Origin: an uncultured virus (IMG/VR IMGVR_UViG_3300014826_000102)
Taxonomy: Duplodnaviria > Heunggongvirae > Uroviricota > Caudoviricetes
IMG/VR virus record: IMGVR_UViG_3300014826_000102
Reading direction: 5' to 3' (one strand)
DNA length: 64,000 bases
In this document: piece by piece, positions 18,930 to 29,113 of the stretch
Position numbering within the stretch: the first letter of the stretch is position 1
How the letters are laid out: each line of letters starts with the position of its first letter
Program-made: the position numbers and the translations under genes
Notes under the pieces: model-generated
Told to the model about the DNA's origin: nothing
Seen by the model: only the letters and a program-made list of their open reading frames with translations
Databases searched by the model: none

Positions 18930-21376
18930 GCGTACAGGAGTTAAGCCACGATTTCACTTTGGATATAGCGACAGCCCACAGCCGACTATCTAAGAAGTGG
19001 AAAAACAAGAAATGGCAATGGAGCGAGTTAGTAGCCAGATGCAGCGAAACTAAGCGTACAGGCGAAAGCGTCAGCGAGTATATGAAAATGACCCGCGAGG
19101 AACAAAGCGACATCAAAGATGTTGGCGGTTTTGTAGGCGGTTATCTTTCAGGTGGTACGCGTAAGACGGCTAACGTTATGTGGCGCAGTGTGGCGACGCT
19201 TGATATTGACTACGGCACGCTGAATGTGTGGGACGATTTCACTATGCAGTTTGACTTTGCGGCCATGCTATACAGCACGCACAAGCATACAGCAGAGAAA
19301 CCGCGTTATCGCCTGGTATTCCCATTGAGCCGTAACGTCAAGCCTAACGAGTATGAGCCGCTTTGCAGAAAGATTGCTGATGCAGTAGGTATTGACCTGT
19401 TCGACATTACGACGTATCAGTTACCACGCCTGTTCTATTGGCCATCAACGTCTAAGGATGGTGACTACGTATTTGAGTACCAGGACGGCCCCGCTTGCGA
19501 CGTAGATAAGGTACTGAAAAGCTACGTTAACTATGCGGACGTATCAGAGTGGCCCGTATCAGCCAGAGAGGGCGACGTGATAGCCCACGAAATACGTAAG
19601 GCGGGTGATCCTTTGGAAAAGCCAGGATTGATAGGCGCGTTTTGCCGTGCATACACTATCGAGGACGCTATAGACAATTTCCTACAGGATGCCTACGAAA
19701 GAACGGGTACAGATGGACGCTATACCTACAAGTTAGGTAGTGTGGCCGGGGGCCTGGTATGCTATGAGGGTAAATTTGCCTACAGCCACCATGAGACAGA
19801 CCCGGCAAGTAAGCAGCTTTGCAACGCTTTCGACCTTTGCCGTATTCACTTGTTTGGCGTACATGATGAGGGAACCAGGCTAACAGATATAACTAAAATG
19901 CCGTCGTACCTGAAAATGCAGGATTTTGCAGCCAAAGATAAGAACGTACGCGTATTGCTCACTAAGGAGAGACGCGCCGACGTTGAGGCTGATTTTGAGG
20001 GTGTGGATTTCACGGATGCCGGGGATAGCGCAGCTACAGAAACCAATACGGATTGGATGGCAGATTTAGAGTACGACAGAAAAGGTGCTATCAAATCGAC
20101 GCTGAAAAACATTATCTGTATTCTGGAAAACGACCCAATGTTAGCAGGGCACTTGTGGCACGATCTGTTTAGCGGCTTTGACCTGGTGAGAAACGGTTTA
20201 CCCTGGGATCGTAAGGCGAATCAGTGGGGAAACCGCGACGATGCCAATTTACGCGTTTATCTGGAAGAGAACTACGGAGTAACGGGTAAGGATAAGATCA
20301 AGGATGCAAAGGACGCGGTATTTACCCGCCACAGGGTACACCCGATACGCGAGTACCTTAACGGCCTGGTGTGGGATGGTGTACCACGACTTGAAACTTT
20401 GATGGTTGACTATCTGGGTGTAGAAGATACCAAGCTAAACCGTGCAATGACGCGTAAACATTTCGTTGCAGCCGTAGCCCGCGTTATGCAGCCGGGTTGT
20501 AAGTACGACTATTGCCTGATCGTAACAGGTACAGAGGGAATAGGTAAAAGTACCCTGTTTGCCGTTATGGGTGGTGAGTGGTTTAACGACAGCCTGGTAA
20601 CGATGGAGGGTAAAAGCGGTATGGAGCAGGCACGCGGTGGATGGGTTATAGAGTTGCCCGAATTGGGCAGTATCAAGCGATCCGACGTTGAGCAGGTAAA
20701 AGCCTATATCAGCCGTCAGGATGATACATACAGACCCGCTTACGGTACGGTTACGGAAAAGCACCCGCGCCAATGTATATTTTGTGGAACCACCAACGAA
20801 ACATACTTTTTGAAAGGTGACACGGGAAACCGTCGTTTCTGGGTGATGGCTGCAAACACAGACTTACGTAAGCATGAGAACGTTAAAGCAGACCTGACAG
20901 CAGAACGCGATCAGCTTTGGGCCGAAGCCGTAGAGTATTGGCGAAGAGGTGAAAAGCTATACCTACCCGCAGACCTGGAAAGGGAGGCCAGAAAGAAGCA
21001 AGCCGATTATAACGACGAAGCCGACGACCCGATAAAAGATATGCTAATAGCATATCTTGACACTAAGTTACCGCCGGATTGGGCTACCTGGGACTTAGCA
21101 AGGCGTAGAGCCTGGTTTAAGAATCCCGACCCGTTGGACGCGGAGGCTACAGAAACCAGGGAGCGTTTTTGTGTTGCAGAGTTTCTTTGTGAGCGTCTGG
21201 GTAAGGACATGAGCGATAAGGACTATAAGTATATGGCGCGTAGGGTTGGGCGTATCATAGATGATTTGCCCGATTGGGAGCGTATCAGTACGACTAAGCA
21301 CGCTATAGCCCTGTACGGAATCCAAAAAGGGTTTAGGAGAAAGGTAATTTTAGACGAAGACGATGCAGATATTTAA
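18926..21376 (+). CDS. Primase-helicase (VirE/VapE family)
   Basis: LDID, YSTHKH, RYRLVFPL primase motifs; GTEGIGKS Walker A; GTTN, TGNRRFW. Confidence 0.9.
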   Translation: MSVQELSHDFTLDIATAHSRLSKKWKNKKWQWSELVARCSETKRTGESVSEYMKMTREEQSDIKDVGGFVGGYLSGGTRKTANVMWRSVATLDIDYGTLNVWDDFTMQFDFAAMLYSTHKHTAEKPRYRLVFPLSRNVKPNEYEPLCRKIADAVGIDLFDITTYQLPRLFYWPSTSKDGDYVFEYQDGPACDVDKVLKSYVNYADVSEWPVSAREGDVIAHEIRKAGDPLEKPGLIGAFCRAYTIEDAIDNFLQDAYERTGTDGRYTYKLGSVAGGLVCYEGKFAYSHHETDPASKQLCNAFDLCRIHLFGVHDEGTRLTDITKMPSYLKMQDFAAKDKNVRVLLTKERRADVEADFEGVDFTDAGDSAATETNTDWMADLEYDRKGAIKSTLKNIICILENDPMLAGHLWHDLFSGFDLVRNGLPWDRKANQWGNRDDANLRVYLEENYGVTGKDKIKDAKDAVFTRHRVHPIREYLNGLVWDGVPRLETLMVDYLGVEDTKLNRAMTRKHFVAAVARVMQPGCKYDYCLIVTGTEGIGKSTLFAVMGGEWFNDSLVTMEGKSGMEQARGGWVIELPELGSIKRSDVEQVKAYISRQDDTYRPAYGTVTEKHPRQCIFCGTTNETYFLKGDTGNRRFWVMAANTDLRKHENVKADLTAERDQLWAEAVEYWRRGEKLYLPADLEREARKKQADYNDEADDPIKDMLIAYLDTKLPPDWATWDLARRRAWFKNPDPLDAEATETRERFCVAEFLCERLGKDMSDKDYKYMARRVGRIIDDLPDWERISTTKHAIALYGIQKGFRRKVILDEDDADI

Positions 21377-21387
21377 GTAGAAAATTG

Positions 21388-21705
21388 GTAAACCAAAGGT
21401 AAACCAAACGGGCCAAAAAGGTAAACCGAGTAAACCAAACTACATTTTTTAACAATTAGTGAGGTAAACCAAGTAAACCAAAGGTAAACCAAATAAATCC
21501 GTTTTAGTTTACCGCAAAACCCCGATAAATAAAGGGTTTGCAGCAATGGTAAACCAAGTAAACCAAAATTTTAGTAAAAATGTATAAGAATAAAAATACA
21601 TATAAAAATAGTAATAAACGGAGAACCAACGCGTACGCGTACGCGAGACTTCTAAACGTTATCGCACAAAATGTTACCCGCGTACGCGCGAGGAATTGGT
21701 TTACC
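21388..21705. repeat. Iteron-like GTAAACC array, candidate replication origin
   Basis: Nine direct GTAAACC copies (21388-21564), inverted copies near 21506 and 21698, AT-rich stretch, ACGCGT palindromes. Confidence 0.75.
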
Positions 21706-22129
21706 GACTAAAAAAGTAGTGAATATGAAAAAGCAAGTAGAAAACATAGTTAGGCATTCCGAGGTATCGGAAAAAGCTATAGAAGCATATTTGGTTAAGC
21801 GGTGCAAAGAAAGTTGTTTGCTATGCCTGAAATATTCCAATGCGAATACGACGGGCTACCCTGATAGATTGGTTTGCCTGCCACATTGTATCGTTATATG
21901 GGTTGAACTGAAAAGCAAGGGCAAGAAGCCAACGAAGCTACAGGAGATCAGGCACCAGGAGTTAAGAGACCTGGATCATAAAGTTTGGGTTATCAGCAGT
22001 AAGCCGGAAGTTGACGAACTGATAAGTTATATAGAGAGTATAGCACAATTACGTTTCGAGATAGACGGTATAAAGGTTAGAGAGTATTTAGAATCAACGG
22101 ACTTACGTATAAAGAAACAGAACGTATGA
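21671..22129 (+). CDS. VRR-NUC domain nuclease (true start probably ~21725)
   Basis: SEKAIE, GYPDRL, WVELK, KPTKLQ. Confidence 0.85.
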   Translation: MLPAYARGIGLPTKKVVNMKKQVENIVRHSEVSEKAIEAYLVKRCKESCLLCLKYSNANTTGYPDRLVCLPHCIVIWVELKSKGKKPTKLQEIRHQELRDLDHKVWVISSKPEVDELISYIESIAQLRFEIDGIKVREYLESTDLRIKKQNV

Positions 22130-23508
22130 AATTCAGACCTTACGAATATCAGCAGACAGCGATCAAGTGGATAATAGATAATCCACGTTGCGGCTTATTC
22201 CTGGATATGGGATTGGGTAAGACGGTTAGCACCCTGACAGCGATACAACAGCTTATGGATGATTGCGAGATTAGCCGTACCCTGGTAGTAGCCCCGAAGA
22301 AAGTAGCCGAAACCACTTGGACTACAGAGGCCCAAAAGTGGGATCATCTAAAGAGCCTGAAAGTAGCAAAGGTGATGGGCACAGAGAAGCAGCGTAAATT
22401 GGCCCTGGCAGAAAAGGCAGATGTTTACGTGATCGGACGCGACAGCTTTGTTTGGCTTGTAGGTATCTTTGGCGGTATGCTACCGTTTGACGTATTGGTT
22501 ATAGACGAACTAACAAGTTTCAAGAGTTCAAAGAGTAATCGGTTTAAGGCTATGCGTATGGCTACGCCTACAGCCAAACGGGTTATCGGACTGACAGGAA
22601 CCCCGGCACCAAACGGCCTGATTGATCTTTGGGCACAGATGTATTGTATTGATATGGGCGAGAGGTTAGGCAAATCGGTTACTAAGTATCGTGAAACCTA
22701 TTTTGAAACCCACAAGTGGAATAATATAATAGTGCGTTGCAACGTTAAGAAAGGCTACGACGAAGTGATACGTAAGAAGATTGCAGATATATGTTTGTCG
22801 ATGCAAGCTAAAGACTACCTGCAATTACCAGACCTGATTAACCACACTATCAAGGTGCAGTTATCTACGGCCACCATGCAAGCCTACACCAAGTTTGAAC
22901 GTGAAAAGGTATTGCAGTTTCAGGACGAACACCAGGGAGAGACGGCAAACGTATTGGCACAGAGCGCAGCAGGTTTGATGAATAAGTTAAGTCAGTTTGC
23001 TAACGGCGCGATCTACGACGAAGATAGAAACGTACATAACGTACATGATGAAAAGTTAGACCGTCTGGCAGAGATCATAGAAGCGGCCAACGGCAACAGC
23101 GTTTTGGTATTCTATCAGTATAAGCACGACGCGGCCAGGATTGCCGAGAAGTTCAAAGGCTACCGCGTGAAAGTCTATACAGATGAAAAGCAACTGATAG
23201 AGTGGAACGCCGGACAGGTTGATATACTATTGGCGCATCCGGCATCTACGGCCTTTGGCCTCAATATGCAAGATGGTGGGCACTACATAGTCTGGTTTGG
23301 TACAGGTTGGAACCTGGAACTATACCAACAGGCCAACGCCCGTTTGCACCGTCAGGGACAGCAGTACCCGGTACAGGTGTACAACCTGGTTTGCAGTGGA
23401 ACCGTTGACGAAAGAGCCGTAACAGCTTTGGAGAATAAGAAAGGCGTACAGCAAGGTTTGTTAGATAGTCTTAACTACCTGATACGTAAGCATAGTGACT
23501 TAAAGTAA
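22126..23508 (+). CDS. SNF2-family helicase
   Basis: DMGLGKT, VIDE, LTGTP, QANARLHRQGQ. Confidence 0.92.
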   Translation: MKFRPYEYQQTAIKWIIDNPRCGLFLDMGLGKTVSTLTAIQQLMDDCEISRTLVVAPKKVAETTWTTEAQKWDHLKSLKVAKVMGTEKQRKLALAEKADVYVIGRDSFVWLVGIFGGMLPFDVLVIDELTSFKSSKSNRFKAMRMATPTAKRVIGLTGTPAPNGLIDLWAQMYCIDMGERLGKSVTKYRETYFETHKWNNIIVRCNVKKGYDEVIRKKIADICLSMQAKDYLQLPDLINHTIKVQLSTATMQAYTKFEREKVLQFQDEHQGETANVLAQSAAGLMNKLSQFANGAIYDEDRNVHNVHDEKLDRLAEIIEAANGNSVLVFYQYKHDAARIAEKFKGYRVKVYTDEKQLIEWNAGQVDILLAHPASTAFGLNMQDGGHYIVWFGTGWNLELYQQANARLHRQGQQYPVQVYNLVCSGTVDERAVTALENKKGVQQGLLDSLNYLIRKHSDLK

Positions 23509-23525
23509 AAAAAACAAATAGAGAT

Positions 23526-23885
23526 ATGGCAAAGGACAAAGAGTATAATAAGCTGATCCACAAAAACAAGTGGTTGAAGTTACGTAAGGCGAAGCTATCA
23601 AGTAACCCGATATGCGAGAGGTGTAAAGAGAAACCCGCCACAGAGGTACACCACATCAAGCCCGTTGAAGATGGCATAGGCATTGAACGATACAGGTTAA
23701 TGTACGATCCCCACAACCTGAAAGCACTTTGCCACGATTGCCATATACTGACACATACGGAAATGGGACGTAGTGGCAAGGCCCATGCGAAAAGGAAAGC
23801 GAAAGAACAGCTAAAGGACTTTCGGGAAAAGTTTTTACTTTTACAAATTTTTGCACAAATGTTAATAGGGGCGGGCATTTTTTAA
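23526..23885 (+). CDS. HNH endonuclease (terminase-associated)
   Basis: CERC, EVHHI, NLKALCHDCH. Confidence 0.88.
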   Translation: MAKDKEYNKLIHKNKWLKLRKAKLSSNPICERCKEKPATEVHHIKPVEDGIGIERYRLMYDPHNLKALCHDCHILTHTEMGRSGKAHAKRKAKEQLKDFREKFLLLQIFAQMLIGAGIF

Positions 23886-24020
23886 CAGACGGGAGTAGGG
23901 GTTAAACCTCGCCCAAACCTCTTTTCATGCGAGAGTGATTTTTTGAGGCTGTGGGGGCTAAGACCTTTTAACATTTCCCATATTGATTTGCCGATTTTTG
24001 GATATTAAATAAAACGACAT

Positions 24021-24710
24021 ATGAATTACGACGAAGCATTTGATTTCGGTATTTTCGGAAAACCCGAAGCAAAGCCGGAGCCTGAAAGCCAGGTAACGCC
24101 AGACGATAACGACGGCCTGGCTAATGCAGCCGTAGCGAAGCGGGCACACAGACGTACTAAGGAATGTACCGAATTATCGCAACGCTATGAGTATCGACGC
24201 GCATATAGTGAAGTTAAGATGTTGGAGGCCATGCGGTACGTTAGATTGGAAAACGGCGTTACCTACAATTTCATTACGGCGGGCGACGTTGACAGCCTAA
24301 CGTATCTGAAAGTGGTACTTAATCAGCATGATTTAGACTATTGCCTGTTATCTACCTGGTGTATGGCCGCAGAAGATATTTTGCAGGTGCAGCAGTGGTA
24401 CGATGCAGGGCGCATTAAGAAACTTGATATGTATCTGGGTGAGATTTTCCCCGGATCGTACAAAATCGAATGGCAGATGGTTAAGAAGTTCTACAGCGAA
24501 CACCCCGAAGCCGGACGTGCCGCAGTATTCAAGAATCACAGCAAGATTTATGCGGGCTGCAATGAAGCCGATAATTTCTATTTCGGTATTCAAACGTCAG
24601 CCAATATAAATACGAATCCGCGAACAGAGCAAGGCAGCATTATTATAGATCGCGGGTTGTATGAGTTTTACAAAGAGTATTTCGACGGCATTAATTCTTT
24701 TGAAAAATGA
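24021..24710 (+). CDS. Phospholipase-D-like (HxK) protein
   Basis: NHSKIY...TSANINTNPRTEQ. Confidence 0.6.
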   Translation: MNYDEAFDFGIFGKPEAKPEPESQVTPDDNDGLANAAVAKRAHRRTKECTELSQRYEYRRAYSEVKMLEAMRYVRLENGVTYNFITAGDVDSLTYLKVVLNQHDLDYCLLSTWCMAAEDILQVQQWYDAGRIKKLDMYLGEIFPGSYKIEWQMVKKFYSEHPEAGRAAVFKNHSKIYAGCNEADNFYFGIQTSANINTNPRTEQGSIIIDRGLYEFYKEYFDGINSFEK

Positions 24711-25447
24711 TACAGGACAAAGAGCAGAAGAAAGCGGCTATAGTAGCCGAGATCATAAGGCAGAAAGGCTTTAAGGGTATAGCGTGTACTGCAATAGGCT
24801 TGAATCCCCGGACGTTCAGGCAATGGATGGCCGAGGATGCAGAGTTTAAACAGGCCGTAGATGATGCCGTAGAGATTGCCAAAGAGTACAGGGATGAATT
24901 GGCGGAAAAGGCTTTGTTTGATCTGGTAGAGGCAAAGGACACTACGGCGGTAATCTTCTATAACAAGACGCGCAATAAGCACAAGGGATATACAGAGCGT
25001 TTTTTACCACAGCAGCCTAAAGAAGAGCCGAAGCCGGAAACACCCGCTTTGTCAGGGACTACGACAGACGAAGAGACAGCCAAGCGCATTAAGTCAAAGA
25101 TCAGTGGTAAAAAAGCCTACCTGGTTAAGTTGCTCAAAGAGCAGGGCAAATATACAGCTGAATTGTCGATACAGGCTACCGTCACAGCGCAGCTATTGGT
25201 ACGTACTGAAATCCTGGCAGAAGAGATTTTGGCAGACGGTCACGATGCCATTAACGTAGAAGTTTCCAGGGAGGGTAACGAGCGTAAGAGTATCAGCCCA
25301 AAGGAAAAGCTGTATTTGGACTTTGTAGAGAAGAGCCAGAGGGCGTTAAGGGCTTTGGGCATGAATACCGATAGCAAAGACCGTAAGACAGACGGCGACG
25401 ATTTTAAAAAGTTCATGGAGGAATTTAACGACGATAGCAACGATTAA
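24707..25447 (+). CDS. Terminase small subunit (probable)
   Basis: N-terminal HTH (RTFRQWMAEDAEF), TAVIFYNKT, position before TerL. Confidence 0.7.
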   Translation: MIQDKEQKKAAIVAEIIRQKGFKGIACTAIGLNPRTFRQWMAEDAEFKQAVDDAVEIAKEYRDELAEKALFDLVEAKDTTAVIFYNKTRNKHKGYTERFLPQQPKEEPKPETPALSGTTTDEETAKRIKSKISGKKAYLVKLLKEQGKYTAELSIQATVTAQLLVRTEILAEEILADGHDAINVEVSREGNERKSISPKEKLYLDFVEKSQRALRALGMNTDSKDRKTDGDDFKKFMEEFNDDSND

Positions 25448-25459
25448 AAATATAGCGAA

Positions 25460-25756
25460 ATGGAATTAGAGAAAATCAAAATGTATTCAATCCGGGCGCA
25501 TGAGATAGCAACGGCGCACGGTTTCCACGATGAGAAGAAAAGCGATGCCCATTGGCTTTGCCCCTTACCCAGACGCTCACAAAGAAACTCTGCAACACAA
25601 AAACGCTCCCTGGTTATCAGCGAGGTTATGGAAGCGGTAGAGGCAGACCGTAAGGATTACAGGGCCGATATGATAGGCTTTGATATTGAGTGGCATATTA
25701 AACATAAGATGGAATTTAACGCACAGCGTCAGAGACTACACGGCAAAAAGTATTAA
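25460..25756 (+). pseudogene. MazG-like nucleotide pyrophosphohydrolase, rearranged
   Basis: AHGFH, LVISEVMEAVEADRK, KMEFN..R..LHGKKY present; second acidic helix (ELAD..IR) absent; 16-codon foreign insert. Confidence 0.6.
25563..25615 (-). repeat. 53-bp exact inverted copy of primase segment 21154-21206
   Basis: ccttacccagacgctcacaaagaaactctgcaacacaaaaacgctccctggtt is the reverse complement of 21154-21206. Confidence 0.93.
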
Positions 25757-25759
25757 GCT

Positions 25760-27505
25760 ATGACCCAGGAAGAAAGGAGAAACGAAAGAGAGTACAAGCA
25801 GCAGGTAGTAACGGAACTACAGGCAAACTTAGACGGTTATCTGGCTGATTACGCGTACGCACTTGAAGATACCGACAAACGGTTACGTCAGTACGTAATA
25901 GACGTAATCAGCAACCCGGACGATCATAACCTGTATGAGCTTTTGAAGATACGTAGGTTTTTCCAGATGCTTGATAGGTGGGAGTGGCGGGCAAAGCGAG
26001 TGCAGAAGAAAATACGTTTGTATGAGAAACTAAGATTTAGCGGTACGACGGGACGGCAGCGTTACAAGTTGACCCCGGTACAGGTATTCCAATTCGCTAA
26101 CATATTTGGCTTTGCCCGGCCTGATGGCCGTAGGCTGATCCGTATAGCGTATATCTTTGTGCCTCGTAAGTTTAGTAAGACAACCTTTGCAGCGTTTTTG
26201 GCTGTTGACGATATGTTATTTGGCGATTACAACGCAGAGGCTTACGTAGGGGCCAACTCTTACGATCAGGCGAAAAAATGCTTTAATGAGATACGCCTAA
26301 TAATGTTTGACTTAGACCCGAAACAAAAGCATTTCAGGATTAACCGCGAAATGGTGGCTTTCAAGGATCGGGGCCGTGAGAGCCTGGCACAATGCCTAAC
26401 GGCCAATGCCCAGACCAAAGACGGCCTGTTTGCATCCCTGGCAATACTTGACGAATACGCCCAGGCACGTAACACGGCCAACAAGAACGGCGCAGACCTA
26501 AAGAATGTGCTTACTACGTCTATGGGGCCGCGTAAGAATCCGCTAACGGTGATTATCACTACGGCAAGCGACGTGATAGATGGGCCGTGCTATCAGGAAT
26601 TGGAGGGCGTGAAAAAGGTATTACGTGGTGAGGCTGATAACGACGTTATGTTTGCCGATCTGTTTCTACCAGATGCCGACGATGAAGAGGGCGACCCAAG
26701 AACTTGGCGAAAGGTGCAGCCACATTTGGGCATTACGGTGCAGCCAGACTACTACGAAATCGAGTGGCAGAACGCGCAGCTATCAGCCGAAAATATGTTG
26801 GCGTTTCGCACTAAGCTGTTGAACATCTTTACGGTCAATGAGATAAAGACCTGGTTTGGCTATCAAGATGCAAAGGCACTTACGGGTAACTTTGATATTG
26901 ACGGTGTTAAGGGCCGCCCGGATTGCGCGGTAGCTTTCGACCTATCGGTGCATGATGATTTCAGCGCGGTAGCCTACACGATCTATGTACGCGAAAGCAA
27001 ACGTTTCTACAGCCACATAGATTACTATTTCCCGGTAGGTGCTTTGAAAGGGCACCCCAACGAAAGGCTTTACCGATTGTGGCATGAGCAGGGGCACTTG
27101 AAATTCTGTAAGGGCCGTAAGATAGACGTAAGGCAGATAGCCAACGATATACAGGCACGATCTAAGGTGCTTAACATAATACGTATCGGCTACGACGGTT
27201 ATAAGGCCCAGGATTTGGTTAACATACTACGCGCTATGGGTGGTGATAAGCAGCTGCAATCATACAGCCAGACTTACGGCAATTTCAATTTGCCCGTAGA
27301 ATCGTTTGAAATGTTGGCGTATGATGATCCACCACGTATAACGTTGAACGATAACCCTATTAACGTCTATTGCCTGACAAATTGCGTATTGGATGAAGAT
27401 AACCTGGAGAATAAGAAGCCGTTGAAGATTTCCCAATATCGTAAGATAGACGGTGTGATAGTCGTACTTATGACTTTGGGCCAACTCTATACCTTTGAGA
27501 GATAG
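25760..27505 (+). CDS. Terminase large subunit
   Basis: VPRKFSKT Walker A variant, ILDE, IITTA, FDLS..DDFSA, KIDGVI. Confidence 0.92.
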   Translation: MTQEERRNEREYKQQVVTELQANLDGYLADYAYALEDTDKRLRQYVIDVISNPDDHNLYELLKIRRFFQMLDRWEWRAKRVQKKIRLYEKLRFSGTTGRQRYKLTPVQVFQFANIFGFARPDGRRLIRIAYIFVPRKFSKTTFAAFLAVDDMLFGDYNAEAYVGANSYDQAKKCFNEIRLIMFDLDPKQKHFRINREMVAFKDRGRESLAQCLTANAQTKDGLFASLAILDEYAQARNTANKNGADLKNVLTTSMGPRKNPLTVIITTASDVIDGPCYQELEGVKKVLRGEADNDVMFADLFLPDADDEEGDPRTWRKVQPHLGITVQPDYYEIEWQNAQLSAENMLAFRTKLLNIFTVNEIKTWFGYQDAKALTGNFDIDGVKGRPDCAVAFDLSVHDDFSAVAYTIYVRESKRFYSHIDYYFPVGALKGHPNERLYRLWHEQGHLKFCKGRKIDVRQIANDIQARSKVLNIIRIGYDGYKAQDLVNILRAMGGDKQLQSYSQTYGNFNLPVESFEMLAYDDPPRITLNDNPINVYCLTNCVLDEDNLENKKPLKISQYRKIDGVIVVLMTLGQLYTFER

Positions 27506-27506
27506 C

Positions 27507-27540
27507 AAAAGCGGGGCAGCGTTTCACAACGCCGTCCCGC
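27507..27540 (-). terminator. Intrinsic terminator of HU-like gene
   Basis: Minus strand gcgggacggcgtt-GTGA-aacgctgccccgc-tttt. Confidence 0.7.
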
Positions 27541-27570
27541 ACGTCTGCAAGTATGAAAAAGGACAAATCC

Positions 27571-28092
27571 TTAGTCACCCTCGCCAGGGATGGTAGTCGA
27601 GTTGACCGGGCCGTCCCCTGCATTGCCAGTGTCGGCGGTTTCGCCGTCAGGCTCGTAGTAGTTGCCGTCACCGATGTACTTGTCAGCCTCCTTGAACCTT
27701 GCATCGGCGAAGAGGTTGCGGGCACGGAAACGCTTGCCAAGGAAGAGGTTTACGTTTACGCCCTTGATGCTGTCTGCCGTGAATTTGTCGGCTGTCAGTT
27801 CGCCGTTTGTCTTTACGCCAAGCGCGAAGATGCCGAGTTCGTCGATACGTACGGCCTTGCCCTCCAGCAGCAGTTCACGCAGGCAGGTTTCCATTTCGAT
27901 GAGCACGCCGCGTATTGTGGCCTCCGAGAATACGCAGTGATGGTTTGCCATGTGCTCGATGAACTCGTCGAACTCAAGCAGTTCGTGTACAAGCCGTCCG
28001 TACCACTTGCCGTAGGCACTGCTACTTGTGTTCTTGTTCTGATACTTTTTGTACTTTAACATGATGATTAGTTTATTAGGGTTTTGTGGCAC
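27571..28092 (-). CDS. HU-related Bacteroidetes DNA-binding protein (start probably 28062)
   Basis: GKWYGR, LLLEGKAVRIDELGIF, acidic Gly-rich tail; own TATCTTTGCA promoter at 28102-28111. Confidence 0.8.
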   Translation of the reverse strand: MPQNPNKLIIMLKYKKYQNKNTSSSAYGKWYGRLVHELLEFDEFIEHMANHHCVFSEATIRGVLIEMETCLRELLLEGKAVRIDELGIFALGVKTNGELTADKFTADSIKGVNVNLFLGKRFRARNLFADARFKEADKYIGDGNYYEPDGETADTGNAGDGPVNSTTIPGEGD

Positions 28093-28232
28093 TATTGCCG
28101 ATGCAAAGATACGCAGAGAGATGTTAACGGAATCAATTATGCGCCGTAACGCGCCGTTTTGTCCTGTTATATGCCGTTATTCTTTGCTTTGTCTCGCAAA
28201 AAAGCACTATCTTTGCACTGTCAAAGGATGAT

Positions 28233-28451
28233 ATGGAAAAGTTCAGGGTAAGAGAATACGGCAGAATGGAGTTGGCGGGATTGTATTGCAGTACGATCCT
28301 GCCTGAATCGGCGTGGAAGAAATTCCGTAAGTGGATGGCGATATATCCGGGATTGATGGATAGGCTTGCAGCTATGGGCTACAGCGACCACTGCCGCAGC
28401 TTTACGCCCGCACAAGTGCAGGCGATAGTCGATGCCTTGGGTGAGCCTTAG
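28233..28451 (+). CDS. DUF4248-like small protein
   Basis: YGRMELAGLY..FTPAQVQAIVDALGEP; promoter 28208-28217. Confidence 0.8.
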   Translation: MEKFRVREYGRMELAGLYCSTILPESAWKKFRKWMAIYPGLMDRLAAMGYSDHCRSFTPAQVQAIVDALGEP

Positions 28452-28533
28452 AATCTGAATATTGCAAATCGGGGTTTTCAGTGCCTCAAAATCGCGTTTT
28501 GCGGCATTCAATTTCCGGAAAGTGAATAATACT

Positions 28534-28564
28534 AAAGCAGCCGCCCCGAGTGAGGCGGCTGTTT
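28534..28564. terminator. Bidirectional terminator
   Basis: aaa-gcagccgcc..ggcggctg-ttt between convergent genes. Confidence 0.65.
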
Positions 28565-28567
28565 GCG

Positions 28568-29113
28568 TTATTTGTGTACTGTCTTTTTTCCGTTTTGTAT
28601 CACTATGCCTTTGTCGCTTTCAGTGGCAGGAGTGCCGTTGAGGCGGTAGGCTTTGCCGCCTGTTGCGTCTGATCTGGTGGCACGGATACCCGACGATCCA
28701 TCTTTGACTAATGTCATAGTGCCTGTGTAGTCGTAGGATGCTATTTGCATTATGCCATTGCTGAATTGCAGAATACGGAAATTTACGAAGAAGTTACCGC
28801 CGTTCCAGGGTGCAAGATGCAGGTAGTATTTTTCCGTTTGCCCGCGAGAAACCCAGAAGCCTTTAAACATAGTTGTAGACCCGTCGGCATAGGTCATAGT
28901 AGTATAGTTACCGTCGGCAAAGGTAATGGCCGTTACTGTCTTATCTCTGTCTTCGTGGTTGAAACTGCTGAATTGGCCGATCATATCAGTTACGCCCCAT
29001 GTTCCGATTAGGATTTCTTCGTCAAGGTCACTAATAATTCCTTGTGCGTTTGCACTCATTCCGAGTGTCAGAAACGCGATTGCTAAAAATAACTTTTTCA
29101 TAAACAGATACAT
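28568..29113 (-). CDS. Secreted lipocalin-like protein with T9SS-type C-terminal signal
   Basis: Signal peptide ending ANA-Q, LIGTW, C-terminal YRLNG..KGIVIQNGKK. Confidence 0.65.
   Translation of the reverse strand: MYLFMKKLFLAIAFLTLGMSANAQGIISDLDEEILIGTWGVTDMIGQFSSFNHEDRDKTVTAITFADGNYTTMTYADGSTTMFKGFWVSRGQTEKYYLHLAPWNGGNFFVNFRILQFSNGIMQIASYDYTGTMTLVKDGSSGIRATRSDATGGKAYRLNGTPATESDKGIVIQNGKKTVHK

Noticed and set aside
21388..21564. GTAAACC array as a mini-CRISPR
   Set aside because: Units are 7-10 bp with irregular short spacing and no unique 30-40 bp spacers.
28139..28180. Loose 11-bp periodic GCCG repeats (similar pattern at 31200-31225)
   Set aside because: Too degenerate to support a specific binding-site claim by eye.
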